DNA of 64,000 nucleotides from Macrostomum lignano (Eukaryota): NCBI GenBank assembly GCA_002269645.1, contig NIVC01000292.1, positions 186,001 to 250,000 of the forward strand, read 5' to 3'. Shown piece by piece: positions 52,340 to 64,000 of this stretch (position 1 is its first letter; each line of letters starts with the position of its first letter). The notes under the pieces were generated by a model. It saw only the letters and a program-made list of their open reading frames with translations, ran no database searches and was not told where the DNA came from. The position numbers and the translations under genes were made by a program.

Positions 52340-54035
52340 GAGATCGGCTCAGTGACTTGGAGCACTGATTCCCTGATTGGGACACTGATTCCCTGATTGG
52401 GTCACTGATTCCCTGATTGGGACACTGATTCCCTGATTGGGTCACTGATTCCCTGATTGGGTCACTGATTCCCTGATTGGGACACTGATTCCCTGATTGG
52501 GGCACTGATTCCCTGATTGGGGCACTGATTCCCTGATTGGGACACTGATTCCCTGATTGGGGCACTGATTCCCTGATTGGGGCACTGATTCCCTGATTGG
52601 GACACTGATTCCCTGATTGGGGCACTGATTCCCTGATTGGGACACTGATTCCCTTATTGGGGCACTGATTCCCTGATTGGGGCACTGATTCCCTTATTGG
52701 GGCACTGATTCCCTTATTGGGGCACTGATTCCCTGATTGGGACACTGATTCCCTTATTGGGGCACTGATTCCCTTATTGGGGCACTGATTCCCTTATTAG
52801 GGCACTGATTCCCTGATTGGGACACTGATTCCCTTATTAGGGCACTGATTCCCTTATTGGGGCACTGATTCCCTGATTGGGGCACTGATTCCCTGATTGG
52901 GGCACTGATTCCCTGATTGGGGCACTGAGCTCAGCTTAACGCCACCGAGTCCAGAAGGCCAGACCAAACGGGACAGGTGAACCGCAAGTGCCACGCCCAA
53001 ATGGCAGGCACTGCAGACAGGCAAGAAAAGAAACTCCAACCGAAGTTGGCCCGCACTGAGCCCTGAGCGAGGCCGCTCTGCTGATAGCTCGGAGTCACCT
53101 AGGGCCAAGCTCAAGCATCAGCTGACTTCAACGTCGTTCAAAGAGTCGAAAGCGGCACGGCCTGGCACAACAAAGACTTGAAGCGCTGCGGGAGCAACTG
53201 CTGGCTACTTAGCTCGCGCTTGAAGTCTGTGATTAGATAAGCATCTGCACTCTGCTTCTGGGGCGAAGGTTCAAAGATTGCGACATTGTGCTGCTCGTTT
53301 ATCTTGCTGTTATCTTTATGATCTGCATGTGACCATGATTCAGCATTATGTGTACAAAGAGTTGAGACAGTTGAGAGAGAGAGGAGCTCGAAGTTAAGTC
53401 TGGAGAAAAGTTTACTCGGATATACACATGCGTACTTGGGGCACTGATTCCCTGATTGGGGCACTGAGCTCAGAGACTGGCTCAGTGACTTGGAGCACTG
53501 ATTCCCTGATTGGGGCACTGATTCCCTGATTGGGGCACTGAGCTCAGAGACTGGCTCAGTGACTTGGAGCACTGATTCCCTGATTGGGGCACTGATTCCC
53601 TGATTGGGACACTGATTCCCTGATTGGGACACTGATTCCCTGATTGGGACACTGATTCCCTGATTGGGGCACTGAGCTCAGAGACTGGCTCAGTGACTTG
53701 GAGCACTGATTCCCTGATTGGGGCACTGATTCCCTGATTGGGACACTGATTCCCTGATTGGGGCACTGAGCTCAGAGACTGGCTCAGTGACTTGGAGCAC
53801 TGATTCCCTGATTGGGACACTGATTCCCTGATTGGGGCACTGAGCTCAGAGACTGGCTCAGTGACTTGGAGCACTGATTCCCTGATTGGGGCACTGATTC
53901 CCTGATTGGGGCACTGAGCTCAGAGACTGGCTCAGTGACTTGGAGCACTGATTCCCTGATTGGGGCACTGATTCCCTGATTGGGGCACTGAGCTCAGAGA
54001 CTGGCTCAGTGACTTGGAGCACTGATTCCCTGACA
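52340..54035. repeat. Two arrays of a 20-bp minisatellite (gggcactgattccctgattg) at about 52340-52935 and 53437-54035; the second is interspersed with an agctcagagactggctcagtgacttgg module
   Basis: Directly visible, separated by about 500 bp of unique sequence. Confidence 0.93.
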
Positions 54036-54049
54036 ATGATCCCTGACAG

Positions 54050-54230
54050 TGATCCCTAGCTGATTCAGACAATGATTCAGTGGTCCCTAGCCAATGATTC
54101 AGTGGTCCCTAGCCAATGATTCAGTGGTTCCTAGCTGACTCAGACAATGATTCAGTGGTCCCTAGCTGACTCAGACAATGATTCAGTGGTCCCTAGCTGA
54201 CTCAGACAATGATTGAGTGGTTCACTCTGA
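54050..54230. repeat. Short array of about 31-bp repeats (agctgactcagacaatgattcagtggtccct)
   Basis: Directly visible. Confidence 0.8.
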
Positions 54231-55199
54231 GCTAGTGCATTTAGATATGTAGAAACGAATGCACGCATTGTTAAAGGTATCAAGTAGATTTCTATTTGGT
54301 GGTCAACTGCAGTCAGTCATGTTTATGATTGAAAGAATTTATTTGTGAATCCGAAACTCCGCATGCAGGTCATTGTCTCACTGGAGCAAGTCCTCATTAA
54401 TTATTAATTACTAGTACATAGCAAAGCTACACGTGCATACTGACCAGAGAAACAGCCATAAAGAATTTGGATGCACAGGCAGCATCGGATAGTCCCCCGG
54501 CTGTCCTGGCCGCAGTCTCATTGCTCAGCAGGGACTTGAGTTCCCCGCCCTCCCCTTCTCTCTTCCCCCGCCCAGATCCCCATTAACGGGAATGGCCTGA
54601 CTTTCGATGAGTTTGGTTTTGCCTCATCTTACCATATCGGGCCCCGGTTTTGATCTCGCAGCAGCCAGTGCTCACCTGTAGCGAACCGGCCTCACAAAAA
54701 GGACATGTGAAGGTTAGGGGGAGGCTGGGTAGCCATCATAACCGGTGGGAGCGGCTTTGATCCCGCTAATTGCAGGTACTGCGGTGTATGTACTGCACCG
54801 CCTCAGACACGCGGCGAGACGGAACCCCATTTTTAATACCTTTGAGACTCTGAGCAGCCGAGCTGCCCTAATTAATTGATAACGAGGGGCAGCCGCTGCG
54901 GCCTCGGGAGGAGCCGGCGGTCCGCGTTTTCCGCTCATAAATAATTCACCGCCACTCGAGGGCTCACAAATCTGGGGGAGCTTGAATAATGGCCCCGGCA
55001 ACTGCGGGGGGGAGCAGCCTCGGCTCCTCCCCTTCTTTCCCCAGCGAGTCACTTTAATCCGCGATTGAGGGGAAAATTTCCAGTCCGTGTTAAAGTGCTT
55101 TCCGGCAGAATGATAATGCCTAATGAAACTGCATGCTAGGTTTAGGAGCTTTCCTATGGTTACAGGCCAGACTAGCAATCCATTCTACACATGCATTAA

Positions 55200-56480
55200 A
55201 GCAGATTAGATCAGCAATCCATTCTACTCCTGCATCCCCGGTGACTTGCTATAGATTAGCAATCCATTCTATTCCTGCATTTGTGATAGGCTAAATTAGC
55301 AATCCATTTTATTCCTGCACACATGATAGGCTAGATTAGCAATCCATTCTATTCCTGCATTTGTGATAGGCTAGATTAGCAATCCATTCTATTCCTGCAT
55401 TTGTAATAGGCTAGATTAGCAATCCATTCTATTCCTGCATTTGTAATAGGCTAGATTAGCAATCCATTCTATTCCTGCACACATGATAGGCTAGATTAGC
55501 AATCCATTCTATTCCTGCATTTGTAATAGGCTAAATTAGCAATCCATTCTATTCCTGCACACATGATAGGCTAGATTAGCAATCCATTCTATTCCTGCAT
55601 TTGTGATAGGCTAGATTAGCAATCCATTCTATTCCTGCATTTGTGATAGGCTAGATTAGCGATCCATTCTATTCCTGCATTTGTGATAGGCTAGATTAGC
55701 AATCCATTCTGATCCTGCACACATGATAGGCTAGATTAGCAATCCATTCTGATCCTGCACACATGATAGGCTAGATTAGCAATCCATTCTGATCCTGCAC
55801 ACATGATAGGCTAGATTAGCAATCCATTCTGATCCTGCACACATGATAGGCTAGATTAGCAATCCATTCTGATCCTGCATCCGTGATAGGCTAGATTAGC
55901 AATCCATTCTGATCCTGCACACATGATAGGCTAGATTAGCAATCCATTCTGATCCTGCACACATGATAGGCTAGATTAGCAATCCATTCTGATCCTGCAC
56001 ACATGATAGGCTAGATTAGCAATCCATTCTGATCCTGCACACATGATAGGCTAGATTAGCAATCCATTCTGATCCTGCATCCGTGATAGGCTAGATTAGC
56101 AATCCATTCTGATCCTGCACACATGATAGGCTAGATTAGCAATCCATTCTGATCCTGCACCCATGATAGGCTAGATTAGCAATCTATTCTATTCCTGCAC
56201 ATGACAGGCTAGATTAACAATCCATTCTATTCCTGCATCCATGATAGGCTAGATTAGCAATCCATTCTATTCCTGCATCCATGATAGGCTAGATTAGCAA
56301 TCCATTCTATTCCTGCACACATGATAGGCTAGATTTGCAATCCATTCTATTCCTGCACACATGATAGGCTAGATTAGCAATCCACTCTATTCCTGCATCC
56401 ATGATAGGCTAGTTTAGGAATCCATTCTATTCCTGCATCCATGATAGGCTAGATTAGCAATCCATTCTATTCTTGCATCT
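55200..56480. repeat. 40-bp minisatellite (gataggctagattagcaatccattctattcctgcatttgt variants), about 32 copies
   Basis: Period 40, with blocks of variant units. Confidence 0.95.
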
Positions 56481-57329
56481 GTGATACGATAGATAAGCAA
56501 TCCTGTAATCGCAATGTAAAGTGTCCTGACACATGAATGGCAAAGCTGACACAGCCTTGCCCGCAATAAATGCAGTTCGACCCGCTGCCGGGATGCAGCA
56601 CCTGCCTCTGTGTTTGCAAACTCACTGCTGCATCTCCGTTCCCCAACCCCCTGGATCATCCCAGTCGGCCCTGTCCCCTGTCCCCAGTGCGCATCCCCAG
56701 TCTGGGTCTGCCCATCCCAGCCAGCCGGCCAGGGCCAATGGGATTCGGGCAGCAGCAGCTGCACCCGCCAGCTCCCGGCTCAGCAGTCTAAATACCCTCC
56801 CAGCCTCCCAGCTCCGGCATCTTCCCGGTCTCAACGTCAACAGCCGCTTCTGGCCTACCAAATTTCCCAATTTCCCAAACATCGCGCCGAGTGTCCGCCA
56901 GGTGAAATCCGCGACTCAACCCGGCTTGCGACAGTCTTCAGCCAGTTCTGTGAGCATTTCCTGCTGGCTTCATGTCTTTGCTGCTGTTACTGTTGCTGCT
57001 GTTAGGAGCAGCTGGGATCCCCCGTTGATGCTGGACTGAGTGGAGCTGCCAAAAAATTGCCTTCCTCACAGCTCATCCCCCTCTGAGCTGCTCCTCTATC
57101 CTCTCCCTTCTCTCCCCTCCCCCTGTTGGCTGGGGGCATTTCTGCTTCTGGAAGCCTGGAAGCCGGCTTCAGGCCTGCTGGGGGATAATTGCTCCCTAAA
57201 AATCCTCAATTGGGAGCCGCCGCAGCCACCGGGAGTTGCCCCGCCAGGCGTGCACTTTAAGCCACGGCTCACCTACGAGCAGTTTGAAATCCCCACCGGC
57301 CGCCGAGCTGGCGAAGCCTCTTATTGTCT

Positions 57330-57545
57330 TTCTGCCTGCTGCTTCTGCTTTCTGCTTCTGCTTGCTGCTTCTGTCTGCTGCTTCTGCTTGCTGCTTCTGT
57401 CTGCTGCTTCTGCTTGCTGCTTCTGTCAGCTGCTTCTGCTTGCTGCTTCTGTCAGCTGCTTCTGCTTGCTGCTTCTGTCTGCTGCTTCTGCTTGCTGCTT
57501 CTGTCTGCTGCTTCTGCTTGCTGCTTCTGTCTGCTGCTTTCTCCG
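57330..57545. repeat. Low-complexity (ctgcttctg/ctgct)n repeat
   Basis: Directly visible. Confidence 0.9.
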
Positions 57546-58419
57546 CTTTCTGTAGCTCTCTGGGCTGCGCTGGGGCTCCCCGCATCGGCACCTGAGGGGG
57601 GCTGGGCTGAGAAGATCCCCAGCAGCCCCGATCCCTGCCCCCCTTACTGAGATCCCACTGGGAACAGCGGAGTCTCTTAGCCTCCCTATCCTCTTCATCT
57701 TATCCTCCCGAGGGATAAATCGGATTATGGAGGACTTCGTGGTCCGTCTTTTATCACCTTTCCTCTCCCGCATCCCCCTGCCTGGCCTGACCGCAGGCCG
57801 AGTTCGAGCTGCTCGGGCAGAATCTTCAAGCCCGATGAAGGAGGAGTCTGGGAGCTTTGCAGCTTCCTCTGTTCAGCAGAGAAGCGGGATTCTGAAGAGC
57901 GCGGGAGAGCGGGGAGAGCGGGGTGGCCCGAGAGGTGTGGAAGCGACGCGATCCCGGAGTCCAAGTGGGCTGCCTGACTTCTCCCAGACCCAATCGAGCT
58001 GCGGCCCCAGCTGCGAGCTTGCAAATCGCTTGCAGAATGATTAAAATTGCAGAGACTGGCACTGAGCGCTTCCTCTACTTCCCTCATCCCTCTCCACCCC
58101 CAGCTCCTCCATCGCTCACTCTTGCAAAAGGACTCTCTGTTTATAAAAACAGAGCCTGAATGCTGCGAGCCGGGAGCTGTTGCTAAATGAGGCTCAGGGA
58201 CAGGCGGGGAGGCAGCTTCCATTGATTCCCAGGTGGAGCTGGGGGGGCTACTTTCAAGCAAAGCAGTTGGAACAGAAGAAGTTTGAGATGCTGGCCTCCA
58301 TAGCCGCGGGGCACGCCGTCCCCAAACAGCCGGGAGGCATCTGCGGCGGCTTGAAAATCAATAGAATTTTTTTGCAAATTTTTCTACCCTTTATGCAGCG
58401 ACGATGGGTATTGTTTCCT

Positions 58420-59400
58420 ATCTCACAGCCTCATCTAGACTATCTCATCGGTATCTCACAGCCTCATCTAGACTATCTCATCGGTATCTCACAGTCTCAT
58501 CTAGACTATCTCATCGGTATCTCACAGCCTCATCTAGACTATCTCATCGGTATCTCACAGCCTCATCTAGACTATCTCATCGGTATCTCACAGCCTCATC
58601 TAGACTATCTCATCGGTATCTCACAGCCTCATCTAGACTATCTCATCGGTATCTCACAGCCTCATCTAGACTATCTCATCGGTATCTCACAGCCTCATCT
58701 AGACTATCTCATCGGTATCTCACAGTCTCATCTAGACTATCTCATCGGTATCTCACAGCCTCATCTAGACTATCTCGGTATCTCACAGCCTCATCTAGAC
58801 TATCTCATCGGTATCTCATAGCCTCATCTAGACTATCTCATCGGTATCTCACAGCCTCATCTAGACTATCTCATCGGTATCTCACAGCCTCATCTAGACT
58901 ATCTCATCGGTATCTCACATTCTCACTTAGAGTATCTCTGTCTAACCTACAGTATCTAAGAAGTTATCTCAGTCTAATCTAGAGTATCTCACAGGTTATC
59001 TCAGTCTATCTATAGTATCTAAGAAGTTATCTCAGTCTAATCTAGAGTATCTCATCGGTTATCTCAGTCTAGCCTACAGTATTTCAGAAGTTATCTCAGT
59101 CTAATCTAGAGTATCTCACCGCTTATCTCAGTGTAACCTACAGTATCTCAGAAGTTATCTCAGTCTAATCTAGAGTATCTCACCGCTTATCTCAGTGTAA
59201 CCTACAGTATCTCAGAAGTTATCTCAGTCTAATCTAGAGTATCTCACCGCTTATCTCAGTCTAGCCTACAGTATCTAAGAAGTTATCTCAGTCTAATCTA
59301 GAGTATCTCACCAATTTTCTCAGTCTAATATAGAGTATCTCCCGGCTATCTCAGTCTAATCTAGAGTATCTCCCTGGTATCTCACAGTATCACCCAGAGT
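58420..59400. repeat. 33-bp minisatellite (58420-58920) grading into a related repeat of about 64 bp with a 32-bp sub-period (58920-59400)
   Basis: Unit tctcacagcctcatctagactatctcatcggta, then gttatctcagtctaatctagagtatctc variants. Confidence 0.92.
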
Positions 59401-59874
59401 ATCTCCTACTTTGCCATGCATATGTTGCAACAAGTCTGCTTGCAGTCGTGTCTGATGTTTCCAATTAGCAAAAGTATCCAGCTGCTGACTCAGTGAAATC
59501 TGGCACATCCTGCTTTCAGCTATCAATATCCCCCCCAGCATCTTCGATACTACTGCCTCATCCTGAGCACCCCCGTGCTCTCCAATCTCGCTAATGAGTT
59601 TGTCTCACCTGCCACGTGTGAAATGAGAGAAATTGACTTTTCCAAGAATCGCTACTGCTGCGGGGCCGGGGAATGAGTGGGGAGCAGAGGGGTAGGGAGG
59701 CGGGGGTCCTTTGCCGGGGTTTGTTTGCTTTGTGTGCAAATTAATTTTAGCAGTGGGAAAGTCAAATTAGAGCGAATGTTGAGACAGGTTGGCGAGCCGA
59801 ACCGGCGCCAGCTCGGAGCCGCTTATCGCCCTTGGATTGTGGCGATTTTTACTGATGAAGTGCTCAGAATGCTG

Positions 59875-60685
59875 AGATTTTGATAGGGAATGGGGTGAGA
59901 TTTTGGTAAGAAATGGGGTGAGATTTTGATAGGAGATGGGGTGAGATTTTGATAGGAAATGGGGTGAGATTTTGATAGGAGATGGGGTGAGATTTTGATA
60001 GGAAAAGGGGTGAGATTTTGATAGGAAATGGGGTTAGATTTTGATAGGAGATGGGGTGAGATTTGATAGGAGATGGGGTGAGATTTTTAGAGCAGATGGG
60101 GTGAGATTTGATAGGAGATGGGGTGAAATATTGATAGGAGATGGGGTTAGATTTTGATAGGAGATGGGGTAAGATTTTTAGAGCAGATGGGGTGAGATTT
60201 TGATAGGAAATGGGGTGAGATTTTGATAGGAAATGGGGTGAGATTTTGATAGGAAATGGGGTGAGATTTTGATAGGAAATGGGGTGAGATTTTGATAGGA
60301 GATGGGGTAAGATTTTTAGAGCAGATGAGGTGAGATTTGATAGGAGATGGGGTGAGATTTTGATAGGAGATGGGGTGAGATTTTGATAGGAGATGGGGTG
60401 AGATTTTGATAGGAAATGGGGTGAGATTTTGATAGGAAATGGGGTGAGATTTTGATAGGAGATGGGGTTAGATTTTGATAGGAGATGGGGTAAGATTTTG
60501 ATAGAAGTCAGTGTGAGATTTGATAAGATATGGGGTAAGATGTTGAAAGGAGATAGGGTGAAATTTTTAGAGCAGATGGGGTTAGATTTGATAGGAGATG
60601 GGGTGAGATTTGATAGGAGATGGGGTGAGATTTGATAGGAGATGGGGTGAGATTTCGATAGGAGATGGGGTGGGATTTTGAAATA
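59875..60685. repeat. About 23-bp purine-rich minisatellite (gagattttgataggagatggggt)
   Basis: Directly visible. Confidence 0.93.
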
Positions 60686-61742
60686 ATACAACCAATGAGA
60701 AAAAAACGATTTTGAATAAAGATGGGGGAGATTCGTGAGGTGTTTGCCGATCGCAGTGAGCATGCTGTCACTAAAAGCAGCTTGGCAGAGCCTGGCTCTC
60801 ATAACTGGAAATCCAGGCGGTCACAGCGGTGATAAAAAACCCCTGCACTCCCCGAGCTCCGCGGCAGCTGGACCACCAGAGCACAGCGGGTCTGGGCAGG
60901 AGAGAGAATTAAACTGCTCGGGAGACGGCCGACTCACAGGCCATCGCTTTATTGTGATGAGGCTGCATGGCCCCAGTGGGATCTGATCCCGCTGACCCCA
61001 GCCTCCCGCTGTCCCGTCTCTCTATCCTGTGCTCAAGTACCTCCGGCAATTAGCTGGCAAAATACGGGGAGCCTCCGATTAATGAACGGGCAGGTCCGGT
61101 GGCGGGGCAGAGAGGCACTGATGAAGCTGGCACGGCCTCCCAGCCTCCCACGCGCGGCTCAACCACTGGGCCAGGTGAGAGGGGAGAATGCAGTATTGAA
61201 GGGATGGCACGGATGATGAATTGCCTCTCCCCCTGACAACAAGCAGACAGCTGCAGCTCGAGCAGAGCCGGTCGCCAGCAAGAGTGCATCTGGGTGGGGC
61301 CGCATCAATCTGCGCTAATCCCCCCAGGCTAATTAAATAATAATCCGTCACTGCGGATGCCATGGGATCCGCGCCAACCCCGCTGCTCGGTCCGGATGCC
61401 TCTCAATTATTGATGAAGCTGCCGTGCCGCAGCCTCCAGCGCATCCGCCAAACCCCCTCAGAGATGCCCTGTCCAGCCCTGGCACTTGTCACCTTGGAGC
61501 TGTCTGCCCCCCCCCCCCCCTGCCCCAGCCTGTCTTCACCTTCCGTGTTTGCCTGCCGAATCGATCGCTTTGCTGCCTCTGGAAATTCAGGCCAGAAATA
61601 CTGCAATTTGGCTATTTGTGCGCCTTTGACACTTCCTGTGCGGACAGCCTGCGCCCGCGTGTGCCTGCGGTATTCACTTAAACTCTTGCCGATCTCCTGT
61701 CTGACACTCAGACTGGACTGAACTTCTCTGAGGTACAGTGGC

Positions 61743-62076
61743 TTGACTGACTGACTGACTGACTGACTGACTGACTGACTGACTGACTGACTGACTGACT
61801 GACTGACTGACTGACTGACTGACTGACTGACTGACTGACTGACTGACTGACTGACTGACTGACTGACTGACTGACTGACTGACTGACTGACTGACTGACT
61901 GACTGACTGACTGACTGACTGACTGACTGACTGACTGACTGACTGACTGACTGACTGACTGACTGACTGACTGACTGACTGACTGACTGACTGACTGACT
62001 GACTGACTGACTGACTGACTGACTGACTGACTGACTGACTGACTGACTGACTGACTGACTGACTGACTGACTGACT
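61743..62076. repeat. Pure (GACT)n microsatellite, about 83 units
   Basis: Directly visible. It lies between a possible donor (AG|GTACAG at 61733) and an acceptor (ctgcag, 62093). Confidence 0.97.
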
Positions 62077-62131
62077 CCCCAATCCCACTGCAGCCAGGGC
62101 CACAGGCGATGCCAGTCACTGCAGGGGAGTC

Positions 62132-63384
62132 ATGACTTTGTCAGACAGCGGCACTGAGCAGCCGCAGGTGCTGCAGCAGCTGCCCCAGTCACAGCAGCAG
62201 CAGAGCAGCAGGCTGGGCTTCCACCGGCTGCTGCACAGCGAGCATCAAGCAGCCGTTGAGGAGCAGATCAACTCCACCCTGTCGCTGGTCAAAATCGGTG
62301 AGTGCGGTTAGTGAGATGGATTGCTAATCTAGCCTATTACGGATGTAAGAATAGAATGGATTGCTAATCTAGCCAATCACGGATGTAAGAATAGAATGGA
62401 TTGCTAATCTAGCCAATCACGGATGTAAGAATAGAATGGATTGCTAATCTAGCCAACAACAAGCCTTTGGTAAACCGCGCCCGCAGTGGCGGACTTCACA
62501 GACAGCATCGCCCAGCTGCAGTGCAGTGTCGGACTGCAACTCGAAGAAATTCTTGACGACTTCCAGGACAAATGCGAGCAGCTTGGCAGCCGGCAGGGGT
62601 GAGCAGTCCTTTACTGGCTTTGCGGCAGCTTCAGTGAGGTTCGAATTTCTCGGAAATCACCATGGCAACATTTACCACCCTCCGCAGTGATCAGTCATGC
62701 TGCGGCTCTGCCCTGGACGCCTGGTTCTCCCTGCTCAAGGAGATGCACGAGGAGGCCAAGGTGAGTGCAGGTCTGCTGAGAGCTGGAGGATTTATCACTT
62801 CTAAGTGGTTTTGTGTGTTTAATAAGTAATTTTAGCTACCTGAGTAAGCCGCTTGAGTAAGCTACCTGAGTGAGCTACCGGATTAAGCTACCTGAGTAAG
62901 CTACCTGAGTAAGCTACCCGAGTAAGCGACCTGAGTAAGCTACCCGAGTAAGCGACCTGAGTAAGCTACCTGAGTAAGCTACCCGAGTAAGCGACCTGAG
63001 TAAGCTACCCGAGTAAGCGACCTGAGTAAGCTACTTCAGTCAGTCGCCACCCGCCCGCAGTCGCACTCGCTGCTCTCAGGCGCCCTGATGAAGAACGTGC
63101 ACTCGCAGCTGTCGGACCTCGGCAGCCACAAGTCAGCCCAGGCCGGCCGAATCTTCGCCCTGCGCAGCCGCCTGGACCAGACGGTGGCGGCGGCAGATCG
63201 CAGCTGCGGCCAGCGCCTGCAGGAGTTCAACGAGCTGTACGGCAGCTACGCCAGCGATAGCCGCAATGCCTCAAGGCTGGTCTCATCGCTGCTCAGCGCT
63301 CACAATGAGTACGTGCTCAGTCTGCGCTCGGCTAACCGGACCAAGGAGGAGCTGTACGGACAGCATCTGCCAGGCATGCTGCAG
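62132..63384 (+). CDS. F-BAR-domain protein, 5' exons (gene continues beyond the window)
   Basis: Exons 62132-62297, 62487-62598, 62688-62760 and 63061-63384, all GT-AG with matching phases (225 codons). The helical sequence includes AWFSLLKEM and AHNEYVLSLRSAN...Y...LPGML, typical of the FER/FES, FCHSD and srGAP class of F-BAR domains. The start codon is uncertain. Confidence 0.75.
62835..63035. repeat. 13-bp minisatellite in F-BAR intron 3
   Basis: Unit gagtaagctacct. Confidence 0.92.
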
Positions 63385-63423
63385 GTGAGGTTGCAGAGTT
63401 CACTGCTGTGTGTCCGAGCTGGT

Positions 63424-64000
63424 TGAGAAGCTGATGAGAACTTGTTGAGAAGCTTATGAGATCTTGTTGAGAAGCTTATGAGATCTTGTTGAGAAGCTTA
63501 TGAGAACTTGTTGAGAAGCTGATGAGAATTTGTTGAGAAGCTGATGAGAACTTGTTGAGAAACTAATGAGAACTTGTTGAGAAGCTTATGAGAATTTGTT
63601 GAGAAACTGATGAGAATTTGTTGAGTAGCTGATGAGAACTTGTTGAGAAGCTGATGAGAATTTGTTGAGTAGCTGATGAGAACTTGTTGAGAAGCTGATG
63701 AGAACTTGTTGAGAAACTGATGAGAATTTATTAAGAAACTGATGAGAATTAGTTGAAAAGCTGATGAGAACTTGTTGACAAACTGATGAGAATTTGTTTG
63801 TTGAGAAACTGATGAGAATTTGTTGAGAAGCTGATGAGAACTTGTTGAGAAGCTGATGAGAACTTGTTGAGAAGCTGATGAGAACTTGTTGAGAAGCTGA
63901 TGAGAACTTGTTGAGAAGCTGATGAGAACTTGTTGAGAAACTGATGAGAATTTGTTGAGAAGCTTATGAGAACTTGTTGAGAAGCAAATGAGAATCTGTT
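63424..64000. repeat. 22-bp minisatellite in F-BAR intron 4, running off the window
   Basis: Unit gagaagctgatgagaacttgtt. Confidence 0.95.

Noticed and set aside
52200-53440. Possible exons after RPA3 (MNDLNCHCF|GTGAGT and unique sequence at 52935-53437)
   Set aside because: No phase-compatible open exon or recognisable protein could be assembled.
57040-58821. ORFs at 57040, 57727 and 58180
   Set aside because: Partly repeat-derived, with no domain similarity and no consistent splice chain.

Overview
Eukaryotic (animal) genomic DNA. It is most likely a flatworm such as Macrostomum lignano, inferred from GC-rich codon use, introns filled with minisatellites and the RTE-like LINE fragments; this was not checked by a database search. 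Most long ORFs in the supplied track are read-throughs of tandem repeats. I reconstructed the real genes by hand from GT/AG junctions and frame continuity. The minus-strand block (about 6.8-22.8 kb) holds a 2-exon secreted cystine-knot (knottin, conotoxin-like) peptide gene missing from the ORF track, a 3-exon tetraspanin-like 4-TM protein, a full-length ABCA transporter and a class A GPCR with a 1-nt frameshift. The plus-strand block (about 25.9-64 kb) holds a 105-aa metallothionein-like protein with 34 Cys, RAD9, RIC8, a 100-aa microprotein, a Cys-rich type I membrane protein, RPA3 and the 5' part of an F-BAR gene. LINE relics and a foldback-type inverted-repeat element lie between the blocks. 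A 6.8-kb 21-bp satellite with a roughly 1.9-kb higher-order period sits directly upstream of RPA3. The best candidates for new biology are the hidden knottin gene, the charge-polarised CxC pentarepeat metallothionein, and an operon-like layout in which acceptor AGs sit just before several start codons (possible spliced-leader trans-splicing). No CRISPR array, rRNA or true tRNA is supported.
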